Counted from the whole stretch's first letter, positions 23,818 to 36,895 are shown. The stretch is DNA of 63,594 nucleotides, filler included, from Salisapilia sapeloensis CBS 127946 (GCA_023334545.1; 15 parts of 15 records of this genome joined end to end with filler, not necessarily neighbours in it), one strand, 5' to 3'. Notes: generated from the sequence alone by a model not told the origin. Program-made: numbers and translations.

Positions 23818-25320
23818 CTTGCTTTAAGTCTCGGAACGACTATGCTGGTATCTCTAGCAACAGAGATTTTTAGCACTCGAGTGCAATGGATGTGGATTGT
23901 TTGATCGACCCTTTGTGATCCATAGTAGAAGGAAGCTGTCGATGTGAGCAATACTCTTCGCTGCTGACGAATAGTTCATATTTATTGTTGTGCGCATCGC
24001 TTGTTTAAATTAAAATCATAAGCAGTGGAGTTTACCTGGTGAAGTGGTTTTACAGTTTGAAAGCGGAAGCTATGAAACGAAGTATCCATGGCATTTATGA
24101 TGAGGCTTGTACAAATCCGATCAAAGTGCAAGGACCAACAGCCACTATTCTTACAGGATTCAGTGTAGCGGCAGATAGCAACCGTGCAACTCGAGTCTAC
24201 GTCAATGTACTCCCTTGTCTGGCCTATAGGTGCATATCGGCGGAAACCGTCGTTTGTCTAGATTTCCATACTTTTCGCATAAGTTTGAGTCATGGCTTTG
24301 ATATAAAGATTTACAAGAGAGGTTAGAAGCTGGAATAACGAAACAGATACCGCCGAGGATAATGCTGATGTACCAATAAGGCTACAATTTAGCTGAAACT
24401 AGGCAACAATCCAACATAAAGATCGTGAATTGTAAGTATCTTTTTAACTTTCAATCATGATTTTCGCGACAAGCAAGAGCTACGTATATGACAAAGTCTT
24501 TTATGGTCAAAATGAAACCGGTTGGCGCTACCAGCTACTATCTGAGCAGGTTCTTTGGATGTCTTCGCGCTAAGGCGACAAAATAGCACCATTTTTAGGC
24601 TGTGCTGGTTGAAAACATGATTGATATCATACCAGTCAAGACTTGAGTTGCTATCGGTACTGCGCAAGAATATATGCTCTTCTGGTATTTGTACATAGAA
24701 CAGTTTAAGGCACAGACAATGCCACTTTCAGTTGTCTATGTTGTTGTAAACCTCGCCGAACAATTTTGCTTGTTGATAAGTCATTCTCTGATGAGATTAT
24801 CGGTGCTAAATATAACTCCGATGATGGGGTGTGTAGAGTCCGCGAGCGAGACTACATTAACGCGTCATGGAGGCACCTTGATGGTAGCACAAAATCGGCA
24901 ATTCCAAACAAAGAAGAATTTGATCGTCAAGAGATGATGATACTAGTGTCAAATCTTTAATTATAAATAAAACAAACTCAGCGTAAACAAGGCTTTACCT
25001 CTTGAGCATTTATGCTTTGAATCGAGTCGTCTTGCGTGCCGGTATCAAACACATCATATTGAACTTTTAGCAACTGAAGGAAAAGAGAGCTGACACGGAT
25101 CAACCCAAAAACGGTATGAGTCTGCCCTACTGATCCCCAACTATGCTCGGATGCATCTCGGATATGCAGACCAAATAAAATCAGAACCGAAACACCGGTG
25201 CGAGCTACCAACTTCAAATACAACCTTCAACAACGAGCGGTCACCAGATCTGTACACTAAACTTTGCTTACTTCGAGTCAAACAAAACCTTGTCACATGT
25301 TTTTTGCTGATCAATCCACA

Positions 25321-25461
25321 CCTGCAAGCCGGCACATAGCACTTTAGAGGCCTGCGCGCATTGCGAGGCGGCTACTGGCAATGCCATCGCCACAAGACGA
25401 GGACGCGAATATCATGCTCTCGCCAAAGCAGACGTACTCTCGGCCTTCAGCTTGACGAGTC
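25321..25461. repeat. Contig-terminal inverted repeat, right arm (partner 23677-23817)
   Basis: Exact 141-nt reverse complement of the contig start. Confidence 0.97.
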
Positions 25462-26086
25462 NNNNNNNNNNNNNNNNNNNNNNNNNNNNNNNNNNNNNNN
25501 NNNNNTTAATTAATTAANNNNNNNNNNNNNNNNNNNNNNNNNNNNNNNNNNNNNNNNNNNNCTTGACTTCATTTCCCTCGGAAGTTACATAGACGGTCGC
25601 TGTCGTAGAAGGGGAGAGCATCAAGTGATCGGCAGAGTGGAACGTCGCTTGCTCGTTACCTGGGACGATCATCTTTAATACCCTACATCCCAATCTTCCT
25701 ACATTTCGCCAACGTCATTTGCATTTTCTTTTAAACAGTTGGACTCACTACTGCTTGATCCTAGAGGTATATTTTAGTAGGATAACCTACACCAACAACG
25801 CTGCCTTATGAACACGTGCGTTGTTTCCCAGGCACTTTGAGAGCAAGCACTGAATACGATTGAGATAGCATTTGAAACTTTTACGATCCTACGAGTTTTA
25901 GCTACCTTGACCATTTTCTGACCGAGTACTGCTAGAGTACCTAGGGAACGTAAGTCCAATTTGACAGAAGTGACGGCTTATGAAGTACGCCAGAATTGTT
26001 TCCCGCCGTATCGTCTCCACCCAAAGAATCGACAGTGCATCTTGCATCCATTCATATATTTGCATGCTGCCACCGATTTCAAGATC

Positions 26087-27646
26087 ATGGCGACGCAGTG
26101 GAAAGCAGACGCATATGAAGGCTTCGATCTCTCGGATGCGAAAAAAGCTGACTGCAAACGTATCGCCATGATACTCGTACACGAAGCACTCAGACATTAC
26201 AAAAAGTTCGATCGTTCGGTACCTCGGGAAATAGATAGTAAGCGCTGGAAGCCAATCAAGACATCGAATAATGTGACCATGTACCGTGAACGACACCCAT
26301 CTCGGCGTGTGGTGAAAGATTCATACACCAATAGTGCAGGATGGCAAATACCTCGAATCATCATCGGTAATGGGACGATCTCGAGCAGTATGGATGAACT
26401 CTTGTTCGGTCTCGTCAACGGCGACGAAGCAGCACTTTTGCAAAGCGCTAACTACGCCGGGCAGCCAATGATGAATGCTCAGATTCTCTCGACGATCGAG
26501 AAGCCGAGTCTGGAGCATCCGTATCGTTGCACTACTCTCCAATGGCATGCTGGTAGTCCAAGTCTGGCACTCCGAGGGGTTGTCAAGGACCGAGATGTCG
26601 TCTACATTCGGGCAAATGGCATTCTGCAAGTCAATAAAGACGAACGCATCGGATACTATCTCGCGCATTCAGTCGACTTACCGTCGACTCCTCCACTCGA
26701 TGGACAAGGCATTGTCCGTAGCCGTATATCGACTTGTGTCCTTTTCAAACCCACGTCGGATGAATCAGTCGAAGTGTTCGCCAAAGCATATTATGAAGTG
26801 TTTGGAAACAACCTCCTCGACTCGATCGCTGTGGTCACACTGGCCAGTGCACTCATGGACACTTGGTCCTCGGCCCATTGTGCCAAGATGAAGAAGCTTT
26901 CGTGGCTCCTTCAGAGAAAGAATGTGAACAAGAATGATGTGATGGGCTTTATTGGCAACGGAGAAGCTGAAAACAAGTCCAACTGTCGGTCTTGCAACAA
27001 AAAGTTTGGGCCGTTACGCAAAGCTTACCCGTGCACCTTGTGTGACTCATCCGTCTGTAGCAAGTGCGTAATTTCTCTGGAGCTACTCGAATCCGGTTCC
27101 GACTTGAAGCTGATGGCCAAGAAGGTTCGGCTCTGTCTCACTTGCGACCAGTTCACGAACCAAGTCAGCTCGTACAAGGTAGCTCGACAGGAAATTCGAG
27201 CGGGGCGGTACGAGAGGGAAGGTAGTGGATCTACTATGGTCGAGCCATTGAGGATCTCACAGATGACGGAAGAGTCGAATGCTTGGTCTGGGAGAGAATC
27301 CTGCGCTGGTGAAGTGTATGGCTTTGACTCGGATAGTCTCAGCTTTTCAACGGAAGATTCACTGAGCGCGTTTGCCCAGTTCACGTCCATCAATGACGAA
27401 GTGCCGATCATCGAGTCCAAAGCTAGTTCTTCGGATGAGGGTTCCATCATGCGAGGGGCCTCGACGGATTCAGAGGAATGGAATATGATCATTGAAAACG
27501 CATGGAGGACTAGCTCAGTGGAACTCGATCTGAAAGACCGAGAGCGTGATCGTCAGTTAGCATGGCTGAAGATGACTGAACTACGACTCCGTCAGGATGA
27601 AGTAAGTAAAGTGGGCTGCAAACAAGAGGATGAAGTTGATATCTAA
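26087..27646 (+). CDS. Oomycete START-like + FYVE-like zinc-finger protein
   Basis: START-like region (WKPIK...VTMYRER; KDRDVVYIRANG; GYYLAHSVDLP; IVRSRIS) followed by CRSC...CTLCDSSVCSKC...CLTC. The canonical RHHCR patch is absent. ATG at 26087 chosen because the paralogue at 53056 starts at the equivalent Met. Confidence 0.85.
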   Translation: MATQWKADAYEGFDLSDAKKADCKRIAMILVHEALRHYKKFDRSVPREIDSKRWKPIKTSNNVTMYRERHPSRRVVKDSYTNSAGWQIPRIIIGNGTISSSMDELLFGLVNGDEAALLQSANYAGQPMMNAQILSTIEKPSLEHPYRCTTLQWHAGSPSLALRGVVKDRDVVYIRANGILQVNKDERIGYYLAHSVDLPSTPPLDGQGIVRSRISTCVLFKPTSDESVEVFAKAYYEVFGNNLLDSIAVVTLASALMDTWSSAHCAKMKKLSWLLQRKNVNKNDVMGFIGNGEAENKSNCRSCNKKFGPLRKAYPCTLCDSSVCSKCVISLELLESGSDLKLMAKKVRLCLTCDQFTNQVSSYKVARQEIRAGRYEREGSGSTMVEPLRISQMTEESNAWSGRESCAGEVYGFDSDSLSFSTEDSLSAFAQFTSINDEVPIIESKASSSDEGSIMRGASTDSEEWNMIIENAWRTSSVELDLKDRERDRQLAWLKMTELRLRQDEVSKVGCKQEDEVDI

Positions 27647-27952
27647 CTTTTATAAAAATTACATTGAAAAGTTGTAATTGATGGACAGTTTGCTTCGTTG
27701 GCGGTGAAGTTTAAGCGCGATCCAGTCGTTAAGGTCATTTGCTGCTTGTATCCACTATTTCTATTATAAGAGCATCTCACCAACAGTGTCTATGACTATA
27801 TGGGCGCCTCGAACCTGCAAAAAGTAATAAGTAGTTGGTGCACCGGTTGTGTCTATGGCTATCTTTAAAACTGTTGTCCCGTCGCAGTGTCTATTCAGGA
27901 TCGTATAGCACCGAAATACTATTGCCTAAAACAAACGATCTTAGAGAGAAGG

Positions 27953-28260
27953 ATGCCACGAGGCAAAGCGTGGTGCGATCAAGAAGACCAGACCTTATAC
28001 ACAGCTTGGTGTACAGCGTCTGAGGGCTCTGCGACTGGAGTGGATAAAAAGTATGACACTATGGGCAAATATAAAGAACACATGTACGGAATTTGACACT
28101 TCTTCTACGCAAACGTTACCAGCAATCAAAAGTAGATAAGTTGACATCAACCGAGAAGCTGGACGGTTTTCAGGCTATGTCTCGATGAAAAATAAACTTA
28201 ACGAAAGCGGCACTACGGATGCCGAGAAAATGCATGGTGCAATGAAAATGTAAGAAGCAC
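27953..28260 (+). pseudogene. Myb/SANT-like (NAM-associated, Harbinger-partner type) remnant
   Basis: MPRGKAWCDQEDQTLYTAWCTASEGSATG followed, after frame breaks, by RFSGY...ESGTTDAEKMHGAM. Confidence 0.5.
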
Positions 28261-28360
28261 NNNNNNNNNNNNNNNNNNNNNNNNNNNNNNNNNNNNNNNN
28301 NNNNTTAATTAATTAANNNNNNNNNNNNNNNNNNNNNNNNNNNNNNNNNNNNNNNNNNNN

Positions 28361-28571
28361 CTCCACCATTGCGTAGTAGCACCTCCACCACCTCCGCGTG
28401 TCCATTCAGAGCAGCCCAATGAAGCGGAGTCCAGCCATCTTCTTTTTGCTTGTTCACATCCCCACCCTTATGAATCATCTTGCGAACGCTTTCTACATCC
28501 CCTGCCTTAGCGTACTCCCACAGCTTCTCGCTTGTACTGTCGATCGTAAACATTGGCATTCCTTGTAGCAC
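28361..28571 (-). CDS. Ankyrin-repeat protein, N-terminal part (truncated at contig start)
   Basis: [54 protein letters not shown]. Confidence 0.85.
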
Positions 28572-31500
28572 GACTCGATGTTGCGTCGAATGAAAACTTG
28601 GGCTTGGAAGGTCAAAATGAAAAATGAATCTGTTGCTGAATACGGACTTGCAGGGGACAAGATCGCTCCAGTAGATATATCCAGAGAATATCCAATTGGA
28701 GTCGATGTGTTACAGCAGCACAATCCGAAGAAATCGACCCATTTGGGCTAGCCGAGACTTTTAAATCAGCATGATCTACGTAGAGTCGGAGAGTGTCCTA
28801 TAAATTCTAATTCACAAGCATCGTATTTATTATCGTCTTCAGCGCGATAGATGGCCAAGTTGCATCCATTCATAAGCACCGACGCATGATTGCCACACCC
28901 GAAGTGTATTCTCCTACGACTTAACCATATGGACTCTTCTGAATCCAGCCCACCCCTTCAGCTCACTTGCGACTGTACCTGTAAGGTCATCGTTTGCACG
29001 TTGTCTGTACTTCTAGTCGGTCAAGTTTGCTTTCTTCTTTCAACTACTTTCCAAAGAATTGTTTCTATTTTTGCACAAAAGTTATAGCTTAGATTTAAAA
29101 TCTCTGACGTGTACTGCCTAATTTGTTTGACGAGCTCTCATGACTTTTAAGGATGGCAGTGAGCGAGGATAGTAAGAAGTGAAACCTTTATTAAATTCCA
29201 GGCCTTTGTTTCCATAGATTTAAAATAGCCATTACTAGAGCCAAGTCGCAAGTGTCTCTTTCCACTGGATTGTTCAGTTACAAAAGTGGCGTGCTAGAAA
29301 ATGATGCACCAACAAAAGGTTTTATTAGTATAGAAAGCACCAAATTGTGGAAGTTCGTAAGGTTTTTATCGTGTTTAGATGCTTTGTCAGCAGTCTAATA
29401 GATATTCGCAGCTTGTTCGAATCTAAATAGCTTCGAATCGTACCACCTCTCCGGTCTCAACATTTGAGCTTTCCAGCCGTTCTTGCGTGCATCGTGCACC
29501 CTTAAACGAATCAAATATGATCCGGATCATGTCGCTTCACGATTGTCCGCCCTATCAATATTATGGCTGGAATTGGTGGTAGTGTGCGTAAATCTTTGAA
29601 ATCAATTCGCAATATAGATCTTTCTTTGGTTAATCAAGCATATCATTATTTAGATCTATGCGCTGTAATTATCCTGTGCTTCGTGCCTGTCTACACGACT
29701 CATGTGCGTAGGTTGGAAAATAAACAACAATATAATGGTCAGGAGCATTTATTGGCACGTATAGGATGGAGTCGAAGTTGACAACAAGTGCTCGAATCAA
29801 CACCCCGCCAGGCTTCTAGTTCAAAATCCTTGACTATCAGCTTTTGTATGAAGATTTATATAATGCTGGCAATACAAAAATTAGTCACTTACATGGATAA
29901 AAGATATGCTTTACGAGTAAATTCATCGTCCAGTTCAATTCTTTACCGATGAGTTTGCTTCGCAAGGAACCGTCAGAATAGAGAAACGTTCCGAATCACA
30001 CTTCAATGCTCATTACCCATACTTTGATTCTCAATAGCGTGGATTTGAAGCAGAAATATGTACCAGTCGTTTCGCTTGGGAAGAACTTTAGACTTCGCAT
30101 CTAGGTTTGTACGATTTGTTCTGAGGCATTTTGTCCGCCGAATCCAGTCAACGCAAAGTCGTCACCAATTGACCACTGAAAGTATCTGAATAGCAATCGT
30201 CAGCTCTATCTCTACCTGTCTCAACAAGATCGACAGGCTACATCCGCTGCAGGAAGTGTGTTATAAGCGACAAGATTATGGTAATTATTGATGGGCTTAC
30301 CACTCTTTCTCCCCTTATCAAGGCATGTTGCTTAGCATCCTTAACGTTGATACTAAATAGGCCTGCTCGTGTGCTATCAGAAGTCACTCAAAGCTTTCAT
30401 CTTAAAAATCAAAAGGCCTGTGCTTCGCGATTGCAGTCCCGTGATTGTCTAGTAAAACAGTTTTTCTAGTCAGACTTTGGTTATAGACTTCCACCAGTCT
30501 ATGCGATTTAACTTCAAACGCCAACATCGAGAAGATCGTGCTCTCGGCTAGTGAAATCCATGCTCTACAGGATGACGTGAATGATCTACACTCGACCGAC
30601 GCCACGCCAGAACACTTTCGAAAGCACACTATCTTGTGTGTTGATGTCCTAGGTGAGACCAGGGATCAATAGAAAACTAACATCAACGATCTAAGTATAC
30701 TTTTCCAAATAAATGTACCGAGTCAAACGTACTACTAGCCGCTGTGTCGCATCGTGGAAACGATGTAGCTGCTCTGACTGCGACATGCTCTTCCTTCCAT
30801 TCTTGGATACAAATGTACCTCTAAGATGCAATGACATAGATTGAATGAACTGTAGCTTCATAACAATATGTCGTTCAGTTTGCAATCATCCTCCAGGAAG
30901 ACAAGAGACACCATGAGGAAATGGATGAGCATGACCACTACAGATGCAGAAGGCATGCTCACACCAAGGCGAAGCACCAAGCGCTATTTATTCTACTTCA
31001 GGTTCAGAAGAGCTAGAACTACCTTGTGCTTGCTCTCAAATGAACCAAAAAAGTGGTATGGATTCTTTTTATGCTTACATCGGTGCCGAACTAGCCCCAT
31101 TCGCGAGTAGAGGAAATATGTCGGAAAACCTAAAAGTTACAAAAAAGGCTCGAATACCAAGGTGGAGGTATCAGCGGATAAACTTGGAGACGTCCTGAAG
31201 GTGCGAGTTTTTATTCAACATTATGATCAATGTGCACGATCTGTCAACATGACCATTTTACTACACGTGAACTACATGATTCGCTTAAAGTCACTGAGGA
31301 ACAAAATTTATCTCTAACACTCAAGATGAGGACGGCAAAGCTCTCAAATTTGCCTGCCGTCTTAAACTTTCACATGTAGCCTTGCTTCTTTACCGTCACC
31401 AACTTGATTTGACGGAAGATCTCTTCAGTCTCTTTGGTAGCGAAGATCAGATGATCTTGGAGATACTTCACTCTATTACGACCTGAACCTGTACGTCGAG

Positions 31501-32385
31501 AATCGAATCACACCAAGCTCCTGAACCTCGCGAAACTCACCAGCTAGACAGTATGTACCGTAGTAGATACGACTGTTTGTCACACTACTGAACTAACTTT
31601 TTTCGTTCTCTTGCCTACCTACTCTTTTCATAAAACTACCTAGCTGGACGTTTATCAGCTTAGAGCACACTCCACGGTCATGCAAACTGATAATGCACGA
31701 ATAGGATCCCTTCAAGCGCTTCAACTAAGAGAAACTGAGAACTTACAAGAATACCTATCGACTTGAGCGAGCACACCTTCGCTGGCTCCGATGGTACACG
31801 TACAGTTATACAACGTAATCGATTTACCGCTAAAGTAAGTTCATGGCTCTACAGTTATCAACTGTTCTTGATGTAAAAGCCATAAAAAACACTATCGTCT
31901 AATGTTGGCACAAAGGCGCATATATAATGCTAACATTGATATTGGTAAAATAGCAAAACCACAAAACCCGTATGATCCAACAATACAGCACATTTAAAGA
32001 ACATCAGTTTAGTATGACATTAACAAGAGTACACTCAAAAGTAGCGAACAATCAAATCGAACTCAATAAGAAGGTTTAAAGCTACTCAAAAGCTAAAGTG
32101 ACGGCCAACAAACACAATGATATACTTTGTCCGAAAGAAATAGAAATAGCATATTTTTTGCGCATGAGGGCTCAGCTCATGCATGTTGTTTGTTTGAAGT
32201 TGCCAATGACGACAACAAGCTCTACGAAGAAAGTTACGTCGACGATGTGGCTCGAAGCTGCGAATGCAAACAAGACATGATAGACNNNNNNNNNNNNNNN
32301 NNNNNNNNNNNNNNNNNNNNNNNNNNNNNTTAATTAATTAANNNNNNNNNNNNNNNNNNNNNNNNNNNNNNNNNNNNNNNNNNNN

Positions 32386-32600
32386 ACACGCTTGTCATGC
32401 ACGAAACGCAGACGGCCCTGCTGCCGCCGATAAGACAGCGCCTCGGTCATCCGCCGCTCGAGCGCCATCGGTCCGACTTGGTTTGCGTCATCACCACATG
32501 GCCCACTCCTCGACTCTATCCTTTCGACTCGAAGACAACTTGCTGCTCTAAAAGATCGCCATCATCATCATGCCGCTTGAGGAGCAAACGACAGGATCCA
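32386..32600. repeat. Contig-terminal inverted repeat, left arm, 215 bp (partner 35201-35415)
   Basis: Exact for 141 nt, one mismatch at position 142, then identical to position 215. Confidence 0.97.
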
Positions 32601-33426
32601 GGAGTGTGTGAGAAAAGGAGTATGGGCACGTGCAGCTGATCTTGGCGGGAAAGTGTAACGCTATGCGAATTGAGAGATGGACTGGAAACAGGTCGGAAGA
32701 TATCGGCTTCGCGGATTAAATGATATATTCCTTAGTTTTTCTTCTTTGTGTCGGAAGCCTATTGCTGGTCGTGGGCAATGGCGTTTCGCAGTCCACAATG
32801 GGCAGTAGAGCAAGTGATCTGACGATCGAAGGTGTGCAGCTGCGTGGCGGTCGTTCGAAGTCAAGCATGTCTGAGCTCAAAGTTCTAAATTTGGACGAGA
32901 GGCAAAAGAGGCAGGAAACAGGGTGACGTGGAGCGCTTCGGCGCATGTTCCTATTGTCGCTTCGTGAGCGCGGCGAAACTGTAAGCATTTCTTTTGTTTC
33001 TCGCATACCCGCACTGCGTTACCCGTGGAATTAGCTTCCTCAATACATACTTATCGTGCGCTCGTCTCGCTCCATATTTTCTCTCTTTCACGAAGAGGTC
33101 GGACCACACAAAAATCCCACCGTGTTGTCTTTGGCTACACAGGAGCACGGCATTCCACGGTTACTGACCCGTTGGTCCATCTGTGTCTCGGATTCCCTTT
33201 ATCGCCTTTCCCTTCGTCTTATTTATGCCCCATGCACTCGTCATTAGTAAGGAAACACGAAACGGAGCAGTCGCAAGCTGTTGCGAGAAAAAGGTCCTTG
33301 CTTCAAGTTCAGGCAAGAAAAGATCGGAAATTATCGATTCCATAAAATACAACGCGCGACGTGCGAGCTCGGCGAAAGACTCATTCCTGGATTTGCCCTC
33401 GACCGCTCACTCGACACGACTTGAAC

Positions 33427-34503
33427 ATGGCAACGCAGAAGAAGAAGACGTCGCCCACTACTAAGGCGTCGACACCGACGTTTAAAATCCCTAAATTTCT
33501 ACGGTCTCTCTACTCGATCCTCCAAGCGGAGGATCCGAGCATCGTCGCGTGGGTTCAAAACCAAGATTTGATCCCGAATCGACTCACGGCCTTCCACATT
33601 CTCGATATGGACCGCTTTGAAGCGGAAATCCTGCCGCGGTACTTTAAGCACCGGAAGTTTGCGAGCTTCCAGCGGCAACTGAATAATTTTGGGTTCCGCA
33701 AATGGACAAAGACTCAATCTAGTGGCGTGTGCACGTTTTCCCATAACAACTTTCCCCCGGACCCATCACAGATTGGGTACATGCGTGCTTCCATGAGAGA
33801 GCAGTGGCGTCAAAAGTCTCCGGAAGAATGTGGAGAAAATTTTACCTTTACCATATCTCCGGAAATCATCAGCTGCGCTAAGCTCGCGAACCAAAAGGAT
33901 CGTCGACGGACGACACCTTCGAGTCGGAGTAAAAAGAATATGATGAAAACGCCAAAGATTGAGGGAGCATCGGAGAGTTTTACCGAATTGATTAAAACGA
34001 GCATCCCCAATGCTGCCGTGGAAAGCAATGCATACGGATACGTCAGTCAGCTCGATCCGAATGGTATGAAGAGGTTTCCGATTGAATCAGAGGAAGGAAA
34101 GTCATACATGCCCCTCCCGTCCATTCACTCGCCTCGTCCGCTCTTGACTACCATGGGTAGCACTGCGTACGAGTATCAGTACGCAGCTACACCGTCGCCT
34201 ACCTCCACCACGAGCTCCAAGTCGGACCATATTCGACCGTTTGAGTATCATGGCAAGCCACAACTTGGCGGTTATGCGGGTGACAATATGGATGGCTCAT
34301 TCACAAGCGCTTTGTGGGAACCTTGGCTAGTGGATGCGCACGGAAATCCAGTGCATTCATCGCACTCGCACCATCACCCGACCTATCCGGCGCACAGTGA
34401 CATTTCGATCGAGCAGCTAGAGTACTCTGCCGGTCCGATGCACCCTTCGTCCAACACAGCGAGAGAAGACTGGCAATTTGACAATTTGCTCTTTGCCGAG
34501 TAA
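33427..34503 (+). CDS. HSF-type DNA-binding domain transcription factor
   Basis: IPKFLRSLYSIL...IVAW...ILPRYFKHRKFASFQRQLNNFGFRKW; intact ORF. Confidence 0.92.
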   Translation: MATQKKKTSPTTKASTPTFKIPKFLRSLYSILQAEDPSIVAWVQNQDLIPNRLTAFHILDMDRFEAEILPRYFKHRKFASFQRQLNNFGFRKWTKTQSSGVCTFSHNNFPPDPSQIGYMRASMREQWRQKSPEECGENFTFTISPEIISCAKLANQKDRRRTTPSSRSKKNMMKTPKIEGASESFTELIKTSIPNAAVESNAYGYVSQLDPNGMKRFPIESEEGKSYMPLPSIHSPRPLLTTMGSTAYEYQYAATPSPTSTTSSKSDHIRPFEYHGKPQLGGYAGDNMDGSFTSALWEPWLVDAHGNPVHSSHSHHHPTYPAHSDISIEQLEYSAGPMHPSSNTAREDWQFDNLLFAE

Positions 34504-34610
34504 GCTCAAGCTCCTTGTCGCGTCTACCGATGTATTCTTCTTCACATTTTGAATATTTTTATACTTTCAATACAAAAGAAAGCCGAGGCATCGGTGTTTT
34601 TGAATCCAAT

Positions 34611-34850
34611 TTATTTCGCAACGACTCCTTCTCCATTGCACTTTGAGCAATTCTCTTCGAGCACCATAAAGTTGTACACCTTCTGGACGAGTCGATGACC
34701 AATACATTGAGGACATACTTGGATTGAGGATCCTGTCGCCTCTCGCATCAAAGCCGCGCGGTCTCTCCATTCCACCATATTCGAGCTGCTTAAAATTTCT
34801 TCACGAGTCAACGCAGCCGAGGTTGAAGTACGCTCTTGATTCGAGCTCAT
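34611..34850 (-). CDS. Small protein with DnaJ-type cysteine-rich (CxxCxG) finger
   Basis: VCPQCIGHRLVQKVYNFMVLEENCSKCNGEG; 79 aa from the ATG at 34850. Confidence 0.55.
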   Translation of the reverse strand: MSSNQERTSTSAALTREEILSSSNMVEWRDRAALMREATGSSIQVCPQCIGHRLVQKVYNFMVLEENCSKCNGEGVVAK

Positions 34851-35200
34851 CTCCTGCGTACGACAGTGATACGAACAGGTAGAGAGTAGTATATAGATCC
34901 GATCGGTGAGAAATCGCTCGAGACAAACGCTTCCAGAGCTTCGCACTAGTCTTCGATTCCAGTGAACAGTCGCTCCGTTTCAACGACAGCATGAACCCAA
35001 CTCCCACTTCCCCTTCGCTACACCGTACGTCTCAGGTACGCACGAAGTGTTTTGAATCCGACAACCATGGCATCGTCAAAGGGCTTACTTTCCGCACCCT
35101 TCCAAGATCTCGCAGTCAAGGCATCATTGATCGACTTGGTCATCTTCTTGGTCAACATTCGTATCTCCAGCAGCAATCCTTTTTTCAAATCAGAAGCTTA

Positions 35201-35415
35201 TGGATCCTGTCGTTTGCTCCTCAAGCGGCATGATGATGATGGCGATCTTTTAGAGCAGCAAGTTGTCTTCGAGCCGAAAGGATAGAGTCGAGGAGTGGGC
35301 CATGTGGTGATGACGCAAACCAAGTCGGACCGATGGCGCTCGAGCGGCGGATGACCGAGGCGCTGTCTTATCGGCGGCAGCAGGGCCGTCTGCGTTTCGT
35401 GCATGACAAGCGTGT
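35201..35415. repeat. Contig-terminal inverted repeat, right arm (partner 32386-32600)
   Basis: Reverse complement of the contig start with one mismatch. Confidence 0.97.
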
Positions 35416-35984
35416 NNNNNNNNNNNNNNNNNNNNNNNNNNNNNNNNNNNNNNNNNNNNTTAATTAATTAANNNNNNNNNNNNNNNNNNNNNNNNNNNNN
35501 NNNNNNNNNNNNNNNCTTGCCGTTATCCACCCGGGTGTGTGGTAGCACCCTTTGTGCGAGGATCCAAAGTGTCTTTGAATCTTGCTCAAAGTGCGAGACT
35601 TAGAGACAGATGTCCTTGCTAACAGAGACCTTGGATGCGAGCCCTAGAGTCTAAGCGCCGGACTGCACTGAAAGTTTTCTTAGTGCAACCGAAACGTGCA
35701 CCAGGTACGTTCTTTACAGTGGTTACCAGCCACTCTTCGGATCGCGAGGGTTTTACTTCGCTCGCCGTACTCCAGTAATACGGCAGGAGCGGATCTGGTC
35801 CAGGTCCTTAACCTGGCTGAGGACTATTCCTCCTGTCACAGGTGTTTGACTGACGAGGTCCACGGAGTACCTGGCGTTTCCTCCGGATGGGTCTTGGTCG
35901 AATCCTCTGTTCAGTGAGGGAGACGATTAACAAGGGGGCTCGGGTACGAGCAAGGGTATTCTCTTCTGCAAATGAAGGCCTCGG

Positions 35985-36895
35985 TGTGACCGTGTCACCA
36001 CCGAGCGCACTAACGTGAAGGCGAAGCGCAGCAGGTAACGTACATGCTCCCCGAGGGTCAAATATGAAGTGCACATGCAGAGATGTAGGTCTCTAGCGCG
36101 GCAAGGGAGTTTCTAAGGGCGGAGGAAAACTCAGCTCGAACTTGGACGCACCATAACTACGCACCTGCTTTTGATATCCCATGCAAAGTCTCTTCATTTT
36201 GCTTATACAAATCTCAATTGCTACCACGTATTCTTTTCTACCATGTATTCTTCTTTCTAATCTCTTGTCTCATGCGTCTCAAGCATCTGTGACGCCTTCT
36301 CCCTCATTTCTGTCTTCATCCACCATACGGTTGTATAGTTGTTGTCCTCGCACTGACTTTCAACCTGAGCCTAGACCCCGAGGGGTCCACTCTGGGACCC
36401 CAACCTTCTGCTCGCATCTCCCATGCTTCACTTTCCTTTTGGCCCCTCTTGACCGTCTATGCTATGCCTCTGAAGTCGCCGTCAGTGGTTGATGGCGCCC
36501 CTAGGCCCAGGCCCTGGAGCTAGACACTCCCGTCTCCGGACTCCGGACCCTGGGCGGGGCCCCATGCAGATCTCGAGGCTCCATCCTTCTCAGGACGAAT
36601 CACTCTATGCCGGTACACTCATATGACCTTGATGCCCGTATGTCATACCTATCTCAGCTCCTTCCGTGCAAGGACTCAGAGTCCGGACTTATCATCTTCA
36701 GTCCTTGGGGCTCGGGTCCAGTCCGAACCCAGACCCCCGCTCCGGGGATCTGATCCCTAGGTGGAACCTAGACCCCTAGGTACTTGATTGACCAAAATAC
36801 CTTCTTTTTTAGGTTCTTCCTGGCCAGCTGATGACTGTCGCTTCTCAGCTCAACGATATTCCGTCAGCTGCGAGAAATGATGACACATCATCACA
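35985..36895. mobile_element. Candidate ~910-bp LTR of a second family
   Basis: Begins TGTGACCGTGTCACCA and ends TGATGACACATCATCACA (TG...CA, each end a small hairpin as in the 350-bp family). Non-coding, with GC-rich patches. No second copy and no TSD in this window. Confidence 0.3.

Noticed and set aside
24766-24960. RVRERDYINASW resembling a tyrosine-phosphatase DYINAS motif
   Set aside because: It is an isolated motif in a 64-aa ORF with no other PTP motifs.
32127-32285. Possible SWIM/MULE zinc-finger start (DDVARSCEC)
   Set aside because: The sequence is cut by the contig end before the diagnostic C-x-H; the evidence is insufficient.
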